Source: Heptranchias perlo | Taxonomy: Eukaryota | Assembly: GCF_035084215.1 (NCBI RefSeq) | Contig: NC_090340.1 | Coordinates: 3,658,001-3,722,000 of the forward strand | Direction: 5' to 3' | DNA length: 64,000 nucleotides | In this document: positions 61,900 to 64,000 of the stretch, one piece after another | Position numbering within the stretch: position 1 is the first letter of the stretch | Layout: the number at the start of each line of letters is the position of its first letter | The notes under the pieces: model-generated | The model's input: only the letters and a program-made list of their open reading frames with translations | Told to the model about the DNA's origin: nothing | The model's database searches: none | Translations under genes and position numbers: made by a program

Positions 61900-63965
61900 T
61901 GCTTTTATTCTCGGGATGCAGCTGATATTTGCAAGTTAAATGTTCTCCTTATTTGTAATTTTCCTGAGAATGTGCTTATGGACCTTCCTCTTCAACCACT
62001 TCAGTCCTTGTGGTAATAATGCTGCCATGATCATTTAGGTAGGTGGTTGCGTGTTTTGGGGTTTTTCAGCTTTAAGATGGTGGATGTGCTGCCAATCAAG
62101 TGGACGGTTTGTCCTTGATGGTGTCGATTTTCTTGAATTTCGTTGCAGCTTCTTACATCTAGGCAAGAGAAGGTTATTCTATCACACTGCTGGCTCGTGC
62201 CTTGCAGGTGGTGGAGAGACGTTGGGGAATAAAAAGGTGATCCACTTCCTGCAGAATAACTAGCGTTTGACCTGCTCTGGTAGCAACCACATTTATGTGG
62301 TTGTACCAGTTGAGATTCTAGTCAATGGTGATCCCCAGGATGTTGATAGTGGGGTATTCGATGATGGTAATGCCATTGGTTGTCAAAGGGAGGTGATTAG
62401 TTTCTATCTCGTTCAAGGTGGTCGTTGCCTGGCACTTGACTGGTGCAATGTTCCTTGCCACATAGCAGCTCATCATTGATGCCAGCTGGTATGGACTCTT
62501 TCAATATCAGAACCATTCTTAATGGAACTGAACACTGTGCAATCATCAGCGAACATTCCCACTTCTGATTTTCTGATAGAACGGAAGGTCATTGAGGAAG
62601 CAGTTGCAGACCGTTGGGCTAGTACACTGTCCTGAACAGCAAATGCAGCGATGTTCTGGTGCTGAAGTGTTTGACCTCGAACAACCAAAAATCATTTTCC
62701 TTTCTGCCAGGTATGATTCCTGCCACTGGAGAATTTTCCCTCTGATCCACATTGGCTTCGGTTTCACTAGGGCTCTTTGGTGCCGGACTCGGTCGAATGT
62801 TGCATTAATGTCAAGTGTAATCACCCTCAACTCACCTCTGGAATTCAGCTCTTTTGTCCATGTTTGCACCAAGGCTGCAATGAGGCCTGAAGCTGATTGC
62901 TCCTGACCGAACACAAACTGAGCATCGGTGAGCAGGTTATTGATGAGCAAGTGCCGCTTGTTCGCACTACGGTCGACTCCTTACATCACGTTGCTAATGA
63001 TTGAATGCAGGCTGATTTGACGGTAACAGGGTGGGTTACATTACCTTGTTTTTTTATGGACAGGACATATCTGGGCAATTTTCCACATTGTGTGACAGAT
63101 GTCGGTGTTGTAGCTGTACTGGAACAGCTTGACTAGAGGTGCGGCTAGAAATGGGTCACAGGCCTTCAGCCGGAATGTTTTTGGGAACGGTTACCTTTGC
63201 TCTATCCTGTGCGCTCAGCCGTTTCTTGAAATCACGTGGAGTTAATTGAAAAGGCTGAATACTGGCTCTGTGAAGATGGGGACCTCATGAGGAGGACGTG
63301 GAGGATCATCCAATCAACACTTCTGGCTGAAGACGGCTGTGATCGCTTCAGCCTTGCCTTTTGCACTCAGGTGCTGGGGTCAACCATCATTGAGGTTGAG
63401 GACGTACATGGATCCTCCTCCTCTCGTTTGTTTGATTAAATGTCCACCACCATTCGCGACTGCATATGGCAGGACTTCAGAGATTGGATCTGATTCGTTG
63501 GTTGTGGGATTGCTTAGCTCTGTCAATAGCATTCAGCTTCCACGATGTTAGCATGTGTGTTGTAGCCAGTTTAGCACCTCGTTTTCAGGCACCTCTGGTG
63601 CTGCACCTGGCATGCTCTTCTACGCTACTCCTTAAACCAGAATTGATAATCTGACATTGATGGTAATGGGGGAGTGAGGGATATGCCGGGCCATGAGGTT
63701 CCAGATTTTGGTGGAATAAAACTCTGCTGCTGACGCACCACAGGGCTGCATGAATGCCCAATTTTTAGCAGCTAGATGTGTCTTAATCTATCCCACTTAC
63801 CGTGGTGGTAGTGCCACACATCACGGTGGAGAGTGTCCTTAGTGTGAAAAAGGGACTTGGTCTCCATAACGTCTGTGTGTGATCAGTCCAAACAACACTG
63901 CCACGGAGAGATGCATTTGGGACAGGTAGAGTGGTGAGGATGACGCTACGTAGATTATTCCCTAG
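61900..63965 (-). mobile_element. AFDRVWH-type non-LTR retrotransposon, degenerate
   Basis: ORFs 62546-62950 (TLDINATFDRVRHQ) and 62473-62688 (GMFADDCTVFS). Confidence 0.85.
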
Positions 63966-64000
63966 TGTTGCAAAACGTCTCTGGATTATTGATTTAGGCC

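Noticed and set aside
1-64000. Prokaryotic systems (CRISPR arrays, operons, defence islands)
   Set aside because: The sequence is intron-containing vertebrate DNA and no regularly spaced repeat-spacer array was seen.

Overview
Eukaryotic genomic DNA, most likely from a cartilaginous fish (inferred from the CR1/L2 LINE, Deu-type SINE and Penelope repeat content). The main content is a minus-strand tandem cluster of non-rearranging immunoglobulin-superfamily receptor genes with a leader / pre-joined VJ-type V / C1 / transmembrane / cytoplasmic layout. I assembled two complete genes by hand, with GT-AG sites and consistent intron phases. Gene A (57649->50185, 7 exons, 377 aa) has an uncharged TM and a long tail with two duplicated ITIM/ITSM-like tyrosine pairs, so it looks inhibitory. 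Gene B (42902->33810, 5 exons, 274 aa) has an Arg in the TM and a very short tail, so it looks activating. An orphan terminal exon at 2914->2690 is homologous to the last exon of gene A. The 4-31 kb interval is a nest of decayed mobile elements: CR1 and other LINEs and two divergently oriented LTR retroviral elements. One has gag, pro, a deleted pol and an env-like gene; the other has a dual RNase H, and both appear lokiretrovirus-like. Also present are a perfect Penelope-type hairpin carrying a hammerhead core and a 352-bp inverted duplication in an intron of gene B. Coordinates were counted by hand; repeat boundaries are approximate.
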